This document shows, one piece after another, positions 1-8,930 of a stretch of 46,897 nucleotides of DNA. The stretch spans positions 1-46,897 of the forward strand of contig CAYHXN010000003.1 of the NCBI GenBank assembly GCA_964360605.1. The letters are read 5' to 3'. The DNA is from an uncultured Candidatus Saccharibacteria bacterium. Its GTDB lineage: Bacteria > Patescibacteriota > Minisyncoccia > UBA6257 > WO2-44-18. Both the position numbers and the translations under genes were made by a program. The notes under the pieces were generated by a model that searched no databases, was not told the origin of the DNA, and saw nothing but the letters and a program-made list of their open reading frames with translations. The first letter of the stretch is position 1. Each line of letters starts with the position of its first letter.

Positions 1-914
1 GGGCGAAAATCGTTTTCCAGATAAACCAGCGGCTGAACCGGCGCGGTCGGTAATTTCAGTTTTTGCGGCTCGGATTTAAAATTTTTAATAGCCTGTTTTA
101 AGCGCGTGACGCTCACCGGTTTGCGGGTGGTGAAAGCGACGGTCAAAAAATGACCGTCGCGAGTCGGCACGCGGTTGCACTGGGCGGAAATTTTAATATT
201 GGCAAATTTTATGCCGTTTTTCTTTAATTCTCCAAGAAGTTTCAACGGCTCGGTTTCCACCTTCGGCTCCTCGCCGCCAATCATCGGAATCACGTTGTCT
301 AAAATATCCAGCGACGGCACGCCGGGATATCCCGCTCCGGAAATTGCTTGCATACTGGTTACCATTATTTTAGAAACGCCAAACTTTTGATGAATAGGTT
401 TTAAAGCCATCGCCAGCGGGACAGCAACGCAATTCGGGTTAGTTACGATAAATCCGCTCCATTTTCTTTTCGCTTGTTGTAACGGAATAATTTTTATATG
501 GTCAGGATTAACTTCGGGGACTAAAAGCGGCACGTCCGGCTCCATCCGCCAGTTTTTAGCATTGGAAACAACGGCTAATCCGGCAACAGCAAAAGATTTT
601 TCAATTTCCTTAGCAACATCGGCGTCCAAGCCGGAAAACACTAACGAACAGCCCTCTTTTTTAAATAATTTGGGATCGCAAGATGAAATTTTCATTTTGG
701 CGACTGCCAGAGGAACATCAATATTTTGCTTCCAACGACTTGCCCCGCCTTTGGCTGGGTTCTCCATTAAATCGCCGTAGCGTTTTCCCGCGGATTCCTT
801 GGACGCTCCGAGCGCGGCAATTTCAAACCACGGATGGTTTTGCAATAAAACTATAAATTTCTGACCAACGGTTCCGGTGGCACCGAGAATGCCAATTTTC
901 AGTTTACTGTTCAT
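1..914 (-). CDS. asd: aspartate-semialdehyde dehydrogenase; the C-terminal end runs off the window
   Basis: Absent from the ORF track because it leaves the window. Reverse translation from the ATG at 914-912 gives MNSKLKIGILGATGTVGQKF (Rossmann GATGxVGQ). The same frame gives MVTSMQAISGAGYPGVPSLDILDNVIPMIGGE near 365-270 (the SGAG region typical of Asd). Confidence 0.85.
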   Translation of the reverse strand, partial: MNSKLKIGILGATGTVGQKFIVLLQNHPWFEIAALGASKESAGKRYGDLMENPAKGGASRWKQNIDVPLAVAKMKISSCDPKLFKKEGCSLVFSGLDADVAKEIEKSFAVAGLAVVSNAKNWRMEPDVPLLVPEVNPDHIKIIPLQQAKRKWSGFIVTNPNCVAVPLAMALKPIHQKFGVSKIMVTSMQAISGAGYPGVPSLDILDNVIPMIGGEEPKVETEPLKLLGELKKNGIKFANIKISAQCNRVPTRDGHFLTVAFTTRKPVSVTRLKQAIKNFKSEPQKLKLPTAPVQPLVYLENDFR

Positions 915-924
915 AATTTAATCA

Positions 925-1512
925 TTATTCTTCTCCAACGAGAGGATATTTATCAGAATTTTTTGTTAACTCAGTTAAGCTCTCTTTAAGCCAGTCGGGA
1001 ATATACTTTTCCACGACTTGCTCTACAGCGTCGATTTTCGCTTTCAGAATTAAATCTTCAGACGCGGGTGTTTCTTTTTCTACTTCTTTAGAAAAATCTA
1101 GGGTTTGCTGGACCTCTTTTATATGCTTCAAGCGCTCTTTTTCGGGAAGTTTAGATTGCTCATCCTTTTTAGAAACAATGCTTTCAATGCGGTCTCTGAT
1201 CGGACAAAAGACTATATTAGGATTCTCTCCCTTGGGAATGTCTTTTTTTCTGCAAACGCCGGCTTCAATATAATAATCAGGCCCCCAAGCAGATCGCTGA
1301 AGATAAACCATTAATAACTTATCTTTTTCTCTTTTTAACCAAAGTGCTGCGCCACTCTCTTTTTCAAGATTAGCCCCTTCCAATGATTGGGCCAGCGCCC
1401 GCTCTATCATTCTTTTTATTTCTTTTATTTTTTCCTTACTCTTTTCGGACTTGGATTTATACTCTTTAACTTCTGGTTCTGATGATTCATATTTAGGTTT
1501 AAATTTTTCCAT
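925..1512 (-). CDS. hypothetical K/E-rich protein, 195 aa, located between thrA and asd
   Basis: Track ORF, tightly packed: 1 nt after the thrA stop and 10 nt before the asd start. No motif recognised. Confidence 0.6.
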   Translation of the reverse strand: MEKFKPKYESSEPEVKEYKSKSEKSKEKIKEIKRMIERALAQSLEGANLEKESGAALWLKREKDKLLMVYLQRSAWGPDYYIEAGVCRKKDIPKGENPNIVFCPIRDRIESIVSKKDEQSKLPEKERLKHIKEVQQTLDFSKEVEKETPASEDLILKAKIDAVEQVVEKYIPDWLKESLTELTKNSDKYPLVGEE

Positions 1513-1513
1513 T

Positions 1514-3874
1514 TTAGTGTTTCCAAAGATTTTTTGTTGTTTTTATTATTCCGGCTAAAACGGCGGCGGCGGTAACTTCAGCGCCGGCGCCGGGACCTTT
1601 AATGACTAATGGATTTTTATCGTAATAATTACTGTAAATCGCGACTACGTTATCCGTTCCGGTAACATTCGCCAACGGATCGCCTATTTCAACCTCCTTT
1701 AATTTAGCAGAAATTTTGCCATTAGTTAAAACGCCGACGTAGCGCAAAACCCTTCCCTGTTTTTGAGCTTTTCCTAGCTTTTTCTTCATTACTTCATCGC
1801 TGTAGCCCGCAAGGTTTTCTAAACTGACATCGGACAGTTCTTTTTCCCAGCCAAGTTCCCGAGCTAAAATCAAAAGCTTTCGCCCCACGTCCTGACCGCT
1901 TAAATCCTCACGCGGGTCTGGTTCGGTATATCCTTTGGCCTTAGCTTCTTTTACTAAATCGCTAAATTTCTGTTTTCCTAAATAGTTATTGAATAAATAA
2001 CTTAGAGTGCCGGAAAAAATTCCTTCAATTTTTTTAATCTTGTCCCCAGCCGCTACCAACTCTTTTACTGACGCGAGAATAGGTAATCCGGCGCCGACAT
2101 TCGCTTGATAATGAAAGGCTTTATTTTGTTCTTTAAGAGCTTGGCGCAATTGGCGATAAAATTTCATCGGTAAAACATTGGCTTTTTTATTGGGGGTTAC
2201 AATATCAAAACCGGCGCTGACGATTTCCTGATATTTTTTGGCAATCGCTTCGCTGGCGGTGCAATCCACGAAGATTTTTTGATTGCCGGAAAGTTTTTTA
2301 GCTTTTTCTAAGAATTCTTCTAAATTGGTCTTTTGTCCTGATTGTTTAAGAGTTTTTCTCCAATTCCTTAAGTCAATGCCGTTTTCATCAATCACCATCT
2401 TATCAATATCGGCGATACCGCATACTTTAAAATGAGTATTGAGCTGACGAAGCAATTCTCCACCCACAATACCGGTCCCGACTAAAAATATCCTAGTCGC
2501 GCCAGAATCGCCAAAAAACTCGTGGTGAATCGCCTGTATCGCTCTGGATTTTTCCGAAGAATCCACTACGCAGGAAATATTTCTTTCCGAACCGCCTTGG
2601 GCTATGGCGGCAACGTTAATATTGTTTTTCCCGAGAGCTGAAAAAATTCTTCCGGCAATCCCCGGCACGCCACGCATATCTTCTCCAACGACCGCAATAA
2701 TGCTTTGACTGTCTTTTTTTTCTAAAGACACTTTGCCTTTTTGAATTTCTGAGCGAAATTCTTCTTTTAAGCCAAAAATCGCCTTTTCGCCGTCAGATTT
2801 GTTTACCGCTAAACAAATTGTGTGCTCGGAAGAAGCTTGGGCGATTAAAATCACGTTGACTTTTCTATTCGCGACAGCCGTAAAAACTCGTTCAGCCGTT
2901 CCGGGAACGCCCGCAAGCTCCGTACCGCCAATAGTGATAAGGGAGATATTGTCCATGGCAGAAATGTTTTTAACCGATTGGGAATTAGGAACTGGGAATT
3001 TGGAATTCCGTATTATAGTGCCCGAATGTTTAGGATTAAAAGTGTTTTTTATCAAAATCGGGATGTTTTTCTTGATGGCCGGAAGCATAGTGGACGGATG
3101 AATCACTTTAGCGCCAAAATAGGCCATTTCAAAAGCATCTTCATAACTGATTTCCGGTAAGGTAAAGGCGGCGGGAACAATTCTGGGATCGGCAGTGAGG
3201 ATGCCATCGGCATCAGTCCAAATTTCAATGACCTCTACCCCTAAAGCGGCGCCAAAAATCGCTGCACTGTAATCAGAACCGCCGCGGCCGAGAGTAGTCG
3301 TTCGTCCTTTGTTGTCGGAAGCGATAAAACCAGTAATGATGGGCGTGGGATGAAGGCCGTATTTATTGTTGAAAATTATTTTCTGATATAAATGAATTAT
3401 ATTATTAGTTTTGGGAAAATTTACAGCAGCGTTTTGGAAATTGGAATCGGTTTTTATGAATGCCCCCGCATTTAAATCTATTGCCGGAGTTTCCTTACGA
3501 AGATAAGAGGCAACTAGATTAGCCGATAACCGCTCGCCAAAACTGACTACTAAATCTAATGAGGCCGGTGAAGCTTTCCCGTTGGATAGGATTTTTTTAA
3601 TCACAGCTTCCAGCTCGTTAAGAAATCTGATAGGCGGCGACACTTTCAATTCCTTGGCAGTAGCCAAATGCATTTCTTTAACCCAATTAAAATCTAAAGC
3701 CAATAACTTATCTGTAACCCCTTGCATTGCTGAAACAACAACGGCTAGTCGGTTACCCTTCAATAAGCTCTGGGTAGAATTAAGAATGATTCTGCACACA
3801 TTTTTAATTCGCGCCGCGTCCCCCACCGAAGAACCGCCGAATTTTAATACTTTAGTAAATTTTGATTTTTGCAT
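1514..3874 (-). CDS. thrA: bifunctional aspartokinase / homoserine dehydrogenase
   Basis: 786 aa. N-terminal KFGGSSVGDA kinase motif, two ACT-like regions, and a C-terminal VGTGIVGG Rossmann plus homoserine dehydrogenase region. Confidence 0.9.
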   Translation of the reverse strand: MQKSKFTKVLKFGGSSVGDAARIKNVCRIILNSTQSLLKGNRLAVVVSAMQGVTDKLLALDFNWVKEMHLATAKELKVSPPIRFLNELEAVIKKILSNGKASPASLDLVVSFGERLSANLVASYLRKETPAIDLNAGAFIKTDSNFQNAAVNFPKTNNIIHLYQKIIFNNKYGLHPTPIITGFIASDNKGRTTTLGRGGSDYSAAIFGAALGVEVIEIWTDADGILTADPRIVPAAFTLPEISYEDAFEMAYFGAKVIHPSTMLPAIKKNIPILIKNTFNPKHSGTIIRNSKFPVPNSQSVKNISAMDNISLITIGGTELAGVPGTAERVFTAVANRKVNVILIAQASSEHTICLAVNKSDGEKAIFGLKEEFRSEIQKGKVSLEKKDSQSIIAVVGEDMRGVPGIAGRIFSALGKNNINVAAIAQGGSERNISCVVDSSEKSRAIQAIHHEFFGDSGATRIFLVGTGIVGGELLRQLNTHFKVCGIADIDKMVIDENGIDLRNWRKTLKQSGQKTNLEEFLEKAKKLSGNQKIFVDCTASEAIAKKYQEIVSAGFDIVTPNKKANVLPMKFYRQLRQALKEQNKAFHYQANVGAGLPILASVKELVAAGDKIKKIEGIFSGTLSYLFNNYLGKQKFSDLVKEAKAKGYTEPDPREDLSGQDVGRKLLILARELGWEKELSDVSLENLAGYSDEVMKKKLGKAQKQGRVLRYVGVLTNGKISAKLKEVEIGDPLANVTGTDNVVAIYSNYYDKNPLVIKGPGAGAEVTAAAVLAGIIKTTKNLWKH

Positions 3875-3882
3875 TTTGAATT

Positions 3883-3909
3883 AAAAACCCCGACTTATTG
3901 AGGTCGGAG
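3883..3909 (-). terminator. attenuator terminator hairpin 8 nt upstream of the thrA ATG
   Basis: Minus strand reads CTCCGAC-CTCAATAA-GTCGGGG followed by TTTTT. It lies inside the thrA leader, downstream of the Thr-codon leader ORF. Confidence 0.6.
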
Positions 3910-3942
3910 TTATTTTACAAATTTTAGAATAAAACTACAACC

Positions 3943-3990
3943 TCAAGCTTGAGCCCTGGAAACAGTAGTTGTAGTCGTAAAACGAATCAT
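3943..3990 (-). CDS. thr-operon-type leader peptide MIRFTTTTTVSRAQA
   Basis: ATG ATT CGT TTT ACG ACT ACA ACT ACT GTT TCC AGG GCT CAA GCT TGA read on the minus strand. Five consecutive Thr codons directly upstream of thrA. No clear SD. Confidence 0.6.
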   Translation of the reverse strand: MIRFTTTTTVSRAQA

Positions 3991-4043
3991 TAAATTAATA
4001 ATAGCACGCTCTTACAAAATCTCTATTCCGATTTTTCCACAAG

Positions 4044-4072
4044 TTGACTTAAAAACAAATCTGCCTTATAAT
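4044..4072 (+). promoter_or_regulatory. sigma70-type promoter TTGACT-N17-TATAAT
   Basis: TTGACT at 4044-4049 and TATAAT at 4067-4072, about 25 nt upstream of the 4097 ATG, which has a GAGAGG SD. Confidence 0.55.
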
Positions 4073-4096
4073 TTCTCCGATCTTTGAGAGGTGAAT

Positions 4097-4375
4097 ATGA
4101 GCGGCCCGAAACAATATTCTGGACAAAGGTTTTATTGCGACCACTGCGGAAAAAATTTTCGCTCCGGAGATATGATTGCCGTTTGGCAGAACCACACCTT
4201 CTGTTATCCAATAAATACCGAACATGGAGCCGGAAACTGCATAAATAAATGGCAAAGGAAACATTGGCAAAGATTGGAAGAACTAAACATTATGATCAGC
4301 AGGGAAAAATTTGACTTGATGATTTTTAAATGCGAGGAAAACGAAGAAGACGGCAACTATCCCGCTTATATATAA
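4097..4375 (+). CDS. small hypothetical protein with a CxxC pair (possible zinc-ribbon-like)
   Basis: Track ORF 4091-4375. The ATG at 4097 is preferred because of the GAGAGG SD. Own promoter and terminator present. Confidence 0.5.
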   Translation: MSGPKQYSGQRFYCDHCGKNFRSGDMIAVWQNHTFCYPINTEHGAGNCINKWQRKHWQRLEELNIMISREKFDLMIFKCEENEEDGNYPAYI

Positions 4376-4383
4376 AAACAAAA

Positions 4384-4408
4384 GCCCGCGCCTGACGCGG
4401 GTTCTTTA
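4384..4408. terminator. bidirectional hairpin terminator between convergent genes
   Basis: CCCGCG-cctga-CGCGGG with T-rich runs on both strands. Sits between the 4375 stop (+) and the tyrS stop at 4410 (-). Confidence 0.65.
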
Positions 4409-4409
4409 T

Positions 4410-5561
4410 TTACGCTAAAAGCCGCAAAAATTTTCTTTTGCCTACTTTTAAAACCGCTTCTTTAGTTATTGTGATCATTTCTTCGGGATTAGTTTTTTTC
4501 TCTTCATTAATTTGGACGCCTCCTTGTTCAATAAGGCGTCGCGCTTCACTCCGGCTTGGAGCGGCATCAACCTCCAAAAGCAAGTCAATAAGTTTATAGC
4601 TATTGGCTCTTAGTTTATGGCGTGGCATTTCTGACGGCGCGCCGTGTTTGGAAAAAACATTGATAAAATTCTCTTGAGCTTCATTGCCGGCTTTTTCGCC
4701 GTGGTATTGAGAAACAATAATCCGAGCGAGTTTTAATTTTGCTTCTTTGGGATCGTTAATTTTGCGATCTTCGTCAGTAAGTAGGGTATAATATTTATCA
4801 ATTAAATTATCCGGCACGCTCATAATTTTTCCGAACATATCAGCAGGTTCGGCATCTAAACCGATATAATTCCCAACACTCTTGCTCATTTTTTTAACGC
4901 CGTCGGTTCCTTCCAAAAGCGATGTGGTCAAAATATCTTGTTCCGGCAGTCCGTAAGCGCGCTGGAGACGCCGCCCCATAAGCAGATTAAATTTCTGGTC
5001 GGTGCCGCCAATCTCCACGTCGGCTTTTACCATAACCGAATCATAGCCCTGCAATAACGGGTAAACGGTTTCCAAAAGTGAAATTTCTTTTTGCGCCTTG
5101 AGCCGTTTTTGAAAATCGTCCCGCTCCAGCAAACGCTGAATGCTTTCTTTGCCCTCTAGTTCTAAAATTAAATTCGGATTTTGGGCATACCACTTGCTGT
5201 TATAATGAATTTCGGCTTTACGAAGATTAATAACCCGACCCGCCTGTTTGAGATATTTTTTCATATTCTGCTTAACCTCTTTTATTGTAAGAGGTTTGCG
5301 GACATCGCTTCGGCCGGACGGGTCGCCAATCATTGCCGTAAAATCCCCGATGATTAAAATTGCCGTATGACCGGCGTCTTGAAACTGGCGGAGTTTGCGA
5401 AGCGGCACGGTATGGCCCAAATGCAAATCCGGCGCAGTCGGATCAATACCAAACTTCACTCTTAACTTCTTCCCATTTTTTAAGACACCTTCCAAATGTT
5501 CTTTGACAATCACCTCTTCCACCCCCCGCTCTAAAAGTTTTTTATTATGGGCTTCTAGCAT
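4410..5561 (-). CDS. tyrS: tyrosyl-tRNA synthetase
   Basis: HLGH (DLHLGHTVPL) and KMSKS class I motifs, plus a C-terminal S4-like domain. Confidence 0.95.
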   Translation of the reverse strand: MLEAHNKKLLERGVEEVIVKEHLEGVLKNGKKLRVKFGIDPTAPDLHLGHTVPLRKLRQFQDAGHTAILIIGDFTAMIGDPSGRSDVRKPLTIKEVKQNMKKYLKQAGRVINLRKAEIHYNSKWYAQNPNLILELEGKESIQRLLERDDFQKRLKAQKEISLLETVYPLLQGYDSVMVKADVEIGGTDQKFNLLMGRRLQRAYGLPEQDILTTSLLEGTDGVKKMSKSVGNYIGLDAEPADMFGKIMSVPDNLIDKYYTLLTDEDRKINDPKEAKLKLARIIVSQYHGEKAGNEAQENFINVFSKHGAPSEMPRHKLRANSYKLIDLLLEVDAAPSRSEARRLIEQGGVQINEEKKTNPEEMITITKEAVLKVGKRKFLRLLA

Positions 5562-5580
5562 GAATTTATTTTATCACTAA

Positions 5581-5605
5581 ATAAAAAATCCGTCAGCGGA
5601 CGGAT
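5581..5605 (-). terminator. hairpin terminator overlapping the stop codon of the phosphatidyltransferase gene
   Basis: ATCCGTC-agcg-GACGGAT followed on the minus strand by TTTTTT. Confidence 0.6.
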
Positions 5606-6138
5606 TCTTCGGTAAGATGATGCACTTGGCCAAGCAAACTGAAGATGGCAAGTAACACAAGAATAATAAAGAAGGAATTTATAGGCAGCCCCAAAAGCAT
5701 CAAGACAACCCAAACAACTTCAGCGCAAGTTTTTGTTTTGCCAAAGATATTAGCTTCGGGATTACAACGAACAGCCATCATAATAATCCGAATGAACACT
5801 AATCCTCCTTCCGCGATTGCCAGCGCTACGAAAAGCCCTAGATTAGGAGGAGAAACCAAAAGCCAGACAGTCGGAATAATCACTAATTTGTCGCAGAGAG
5901 GATCCAGAAAAGAACCGAACTTTGTCTGAGATTTCAAAAGTCTCGCGAAAAACCCGTCCAGAAAATCGGTGAACATGGCTACCGAGAATAAGAAAATCGC
6001 TAAGATATTGTAGCCGCTGGCGATAGACCAGATAATAAAAGGCACAAAAGGCAATCTGGAAAAACTAAAGAAAGATGGGGTTACGTAGCGGAGTGAGTTT
6101 TCGTATTTCTCTATCCAGCCCAAAATCAATTTTTCCAT
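5593..6138 (-). CDS. CDP-alcohol phosphatidyltransferase (PgsA-like)
   Basis: DFLDGFFARLLKSQTKFGSFLDPLCDKL matches the D-x2-DG-x2-AR-x8-G-x3-D-x3-D signature. Multiple TM segments. Confidence 0.85.
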   Translation of the reverse strand: MEKLILGWIEKYENSLRYVTPSFFSFSRLPFVPFIIWSIASGYNILAIFLFSVAMFTDFLDGFFARLLKSQTKFGSFLDPLCDKLVIIPTVWLLVSPPNLGLFVALAIAEGGLVFIRIIMMAVRCNPEANIFGKTKTCAEVVWVVLMLLGLPINSFFIILVLLAIFSLLGQVHHLTEESVR

Positions 6139-6169
6139 TCAAAACCTTCAAAAAGCTTTGGGAATCATA

Positions 6170-6197
6170 AAATAAAAACAGCCCAGAAACAAGGGCT
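6170..6197 (-). terminator. hairpin terminator after clpP
   Basis: AGCCC-N8-GGGCT followed on the minus strand by GTTTTTATTTT. Confidence 0.55.
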
Positions 6198-6201
6198 ATT
6201 T

Positions 6202-6798
6202 TTATTTTTTCTTGATAATTTCGTCTACTACTCCGTACTCTTTGGCCTCCTGGGGACTCATGTAAAAATCGCGGTCAGTGTCTTTATCAATTTTAGACAA
6301 CGGCTGACCGGTGTGTTTAGTAAGAATTTGGTTTAAGCGGTCTTTAATTTTCAGAATATGCTTAGCCGCAATTTCCACTTCTACCGCTTGCCCTTCAACG
6401 CCGCCCATAACTTGATGGAGCATTATTTCGGAGTTGGGTAAAGCAAAACGCTTGCCTTTCTTTCCGGCGGCCAGTAAAACCGCGCCCATAGAAGCCGCCA
6501 TTCCGACGCAAATCGTGGAAACGTCGGGTTTGATGTATTGCATCGTATCATAAATCGCCATACCGGCCGTTACTGATCCGCCCGGAGTATTTACATAAAG
6601 CTTAATGTCCTTTTTCGGATCTTCGTGCTCCAAAAAAATCAGCTGAGCAATAATTAAATTAGCCACGGGATCGGATATCGGCCCGCCTAGAAAAATAATC
6701 CTCTCCTTTAAAAGTCGCGAATAAATATCATAAGCCCGCTCGCCGCCAGCGGTTTTTTCTAAAACGGTTGGAATTAAGTATTGGTTGAATTCATCCAT
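6202..6798 (-). CDS. clpP: ATP-dependent Clp protease proteolytic subunit
   Basis: Typical ClpP sequence ([29 protein letters not shown]). The start is moved to the ATG at 6798 (MDEFNQ); the upstream track extension overlaps tig. Confidence 0.93.
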   Translation of the reverse strand: MDEFNQYLIPTVLEKTAGGERAYDIYSRLLKERIIFLGGPISDPVANLIIAQLIFLEHEDPKKDIKLYVNTPGGSVTAGMAIYDTMQYIKPDVSTICVGMAASMGAVLLAAGKKGKRFALPNSEIMLHQVMGGVEGQAVEVEIAAKHILKIKDRLNQILTKHTGQPLSKIDKDTDRDFYMSPQEAKEYGVVDEIIKKK

Positions 6799-6847
6799 AA
6801 TAATTTTATTTCGTATATTTTCGCGCTTTCGTAAGTTTATTTTAACA

Positions 6848-7993
6848 TTAATTAGATGGGCCCTCAAGACGTTCGAAGACCTTCATATTATCAATGCCCC
6901 CCTTCGGATCAAATTCTATTTTTTCGGCTTCAGCGATCTTATAGAGCAATAAATTTACTTCCACGTTGCGGCGGGCGCGGGGTTTTAATTCTTCCTTAAC
7001 TTGGGCTTCGGTTTTTTTGCCGGAAGAAACAAGATGATTGAAATTTTCCGCCATTTGTTCCAGCGTTTTTTCTATCATAATATCCGGTACGTCCATTTTG
7101 GACTCGGCAATGGCTTCATCTAAAAACTTTAGACGCAGGCGGTCGCGCTCTTTTATTTTCTTCTCATTTTTAATACCGTCTTTGATGCCTAAGCGAAGTT
7201 CTTCTAAATTGGCGAACTTGCCGACATTTTTAGCAAACTCATCGTTAAGCTCCGGAAGCTGGCGATCAAATATCGCGTTCAGCCGTACTTTAAAATCAAT
7301 TTTTTTATCGCGTAATTCTTCCTTCCAATAATCCGCCGGCGCAGTCAAGAGAAAATTCAAATTTTCTCCCTCTTTATGATTTTCCAACTCCTTATCAAAA
7401 CCAGCGATAAAATGGCTTTGGCCTAAAATAAATTTTTCGTTTTTAAAACTGTCCAGCGGCTTGCCATCGCTGACGCTTTCTAAATCAATTTCCACGACGT
7501 CACCGTTATGGGCTTCGTGATTGGCACGAATGGTTTTGGCCCGGGAGTTGCGTAGCCACTCCAAAGATTCGGCGACCTCTTTTTCGTCAACGGAAAATTC
7601 TTTCTTCTCGCCAAAAATCTTCTTGGCAATTTTTTGATAGTTCCCTAAATTAATTTCCGGAAGAATCGTGATTTCGGTTTTGTATTGAAGACCAGCGGGA
7701 CTTTCCTTTAAATCAATTTTAGGAGTATCAATGACCACCCAATTATTTTCTTGAGTTGCTTCGTCCAGACTAAACCGCACCGCCGCTTTAGCGGCTTCTT
7801 CAAAAACCCTGTCCTTATCAATTGCCTGCTCCGCCATCTCCTTGGGGGCAGTTCCCGGACGAAAACCTTTTAAATTTACGCTGGCCAACGCGTGTTCATA
7901 AGCAGCGTCCCAATAATTTTTAAATTCTTTCTCGTCTAAAGAAACCTCTAGAGCGATCTTGGAGCCGGGGAGTTTTTTGAAATTAGTTTTCAT
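6848..7993 (-). CDS. tig: trigger factor
   Basis: N-terminal [14 protein letters not shown] ribosome-binding signature. Start set at the ATG at 7993 ([10 protein letters not shown]). Conserved tig-clpP order. Confidence 0.88.
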   Translation of the reverse strand: MKTNFKKLPGSKIALEVSLDEKEFKNYWDAAYEHALASVNLKGFRPGTAPKEMAEQAIDKDRVFEEAAKAAVRFSLDEATQENNWVVIDTPKIDLKESPAGLQYKTEITILPEINLGNYQKIAKKIFGEKKEFSVDEKEVAESLEWLRNSRAKTIRANHEAHNGDVVEIDLESVSDGKPLDSFKNEKFILGQSHFIAGFDKELENHKEGENLNFLLTAPADYWKEELRDKKIDFKVRLNAIFDRQLPELNDEFAKNVGKFANLEELRLGIKDGIKNEKKIKERDRLRLKFLDEAIAESKMDVPDIMIEKTLEQMAENFNHLVSSGKKTEAQVKEELKPRARRNVEVNLLLYKIAEAEKIEFDPKGGIDNMKVFERLEGPSN

Positions 7994-8079
7994 TGAGATT
8001 GTTATTATAATAGATTTTAATGAAAAAAGCAATAATTTATATGCGGGGTAATCAGATATAAATACCGTAGTCTTCGATA

Positions 8080-8107
8080 AGAAAAAACCGCTATTTAAAT
8101 AGCGGTT
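8080..8107 (-). terminator. palindromic terminator overlapping the stop of the upstream gene
   Basis: AACCGCTATTT/AAATAGCGGTT perfect palindrome, followed on the minus strand by TTTTTT. Confidence 0.55.
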
Positions 8108-8852
8108 CAATTTTATTAAACATTTCCATGCTGACAATTTTACCTTCTAAAAGCATTCGGACATTCTCCAAGTTAAGCTCTTTGGTTCTAGCGTCGGCTT
8201 TTTTCAAAACCGCGGTCAAAGTTTTATCATTTAATACTGTTTCCCGATAAATGGCTTCGGCCAGAAAAGCGTAGTTTTCGTGACAACTAATCGTAGAACG
8301 TCTCCACAAAAATCCGTTGTGGGGAAATCTCTGATTATTAGAATATTGCCGGTAGGCTTCCGTACCACCAGAAGCTTCCGCGCATTTTTCTAAAAACTTA
8401 TCTCCGAGTTCTATTAGGCGGGCGTGAGTTGCTTCGTGCCAAACTGTTGGTTTAGTTTCAATCCCAAAATATTGAGACAAAAGACAAATCCAACCATCGC
8501 TGTGGGTGTGGGCAACATCCTTTTCGCTCTCAAAATGCTCCGAATCGGTACGCACTAGAATCAAAGGGATTGACCGAACAGTTTCCGGAGGCATTTCCAA
8601 AAGCGCTTCTAAAATAGCTCTCGCATCCTCATCAGTTTCAACGTTAAAAATAGGAACTTCTAACGCGGGGTTAACGGGAACATTTTTTTGCCCTGACTGC
8701 GTCTTGGGAACATTATTTTTTTGTAATGAAGAGCTTTTGTCCGCGGATATCTTATTGCCGAACGCGGACTCTAAAAAGAAAAGTGCGGATGAAACGCCAA
8801 TCAACGTTCCAAGTAATACAGAACACAAAATGGCACGCCAACCGATATTCAT
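8091..8852 (-). CDS. membrane-anchored putative zinc metallopeptidase (HExxH), paralog A
   Basis: N-terminal TM helix. WHEATHA motif and shared C-terminal architecture with the ORFs at 12285 and 14828. Confidence 0.6.
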   Translation of the reverse strand: MNIGWRAILCSVLLGTLIGVSSALFFLESAFGNKISADKSSSLQKNNVPKTQSGQKNVPVNPALEVPIFNVETDEDARAILEALLEMPPETVRSIPLILVRTDSEHFESEKDVAHTHSDGWICLLSQYFGIETKPTVWHEATHARLIELGDKFLEKCAEASGGTEAYRQYSNNQRFPHNGFLWRRSTISCHENYAFLAEAIYRETVLNDKTLTAVLKKADARTKELNLENVRMLLEGKIVSMEMFNKIEPLFK

Positions 8853-8930
8853 TAAAGACCTCTAAAATAACTAGTGATATGGTATAACAAAAAAACTGCT
8901 CGGACAAGTAGTTAGTTGTTTATAGATATC

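Noticed and set aside
6799-8137. N-terminal extensions of the clpP (to 6867) and tig (to 8137) track ORFs.
   Set aside because: The extensions overlap the upstream genes and encode low-complexity sequence. Conserved N-termini begin at the internal ATGs (6798 and 7993).
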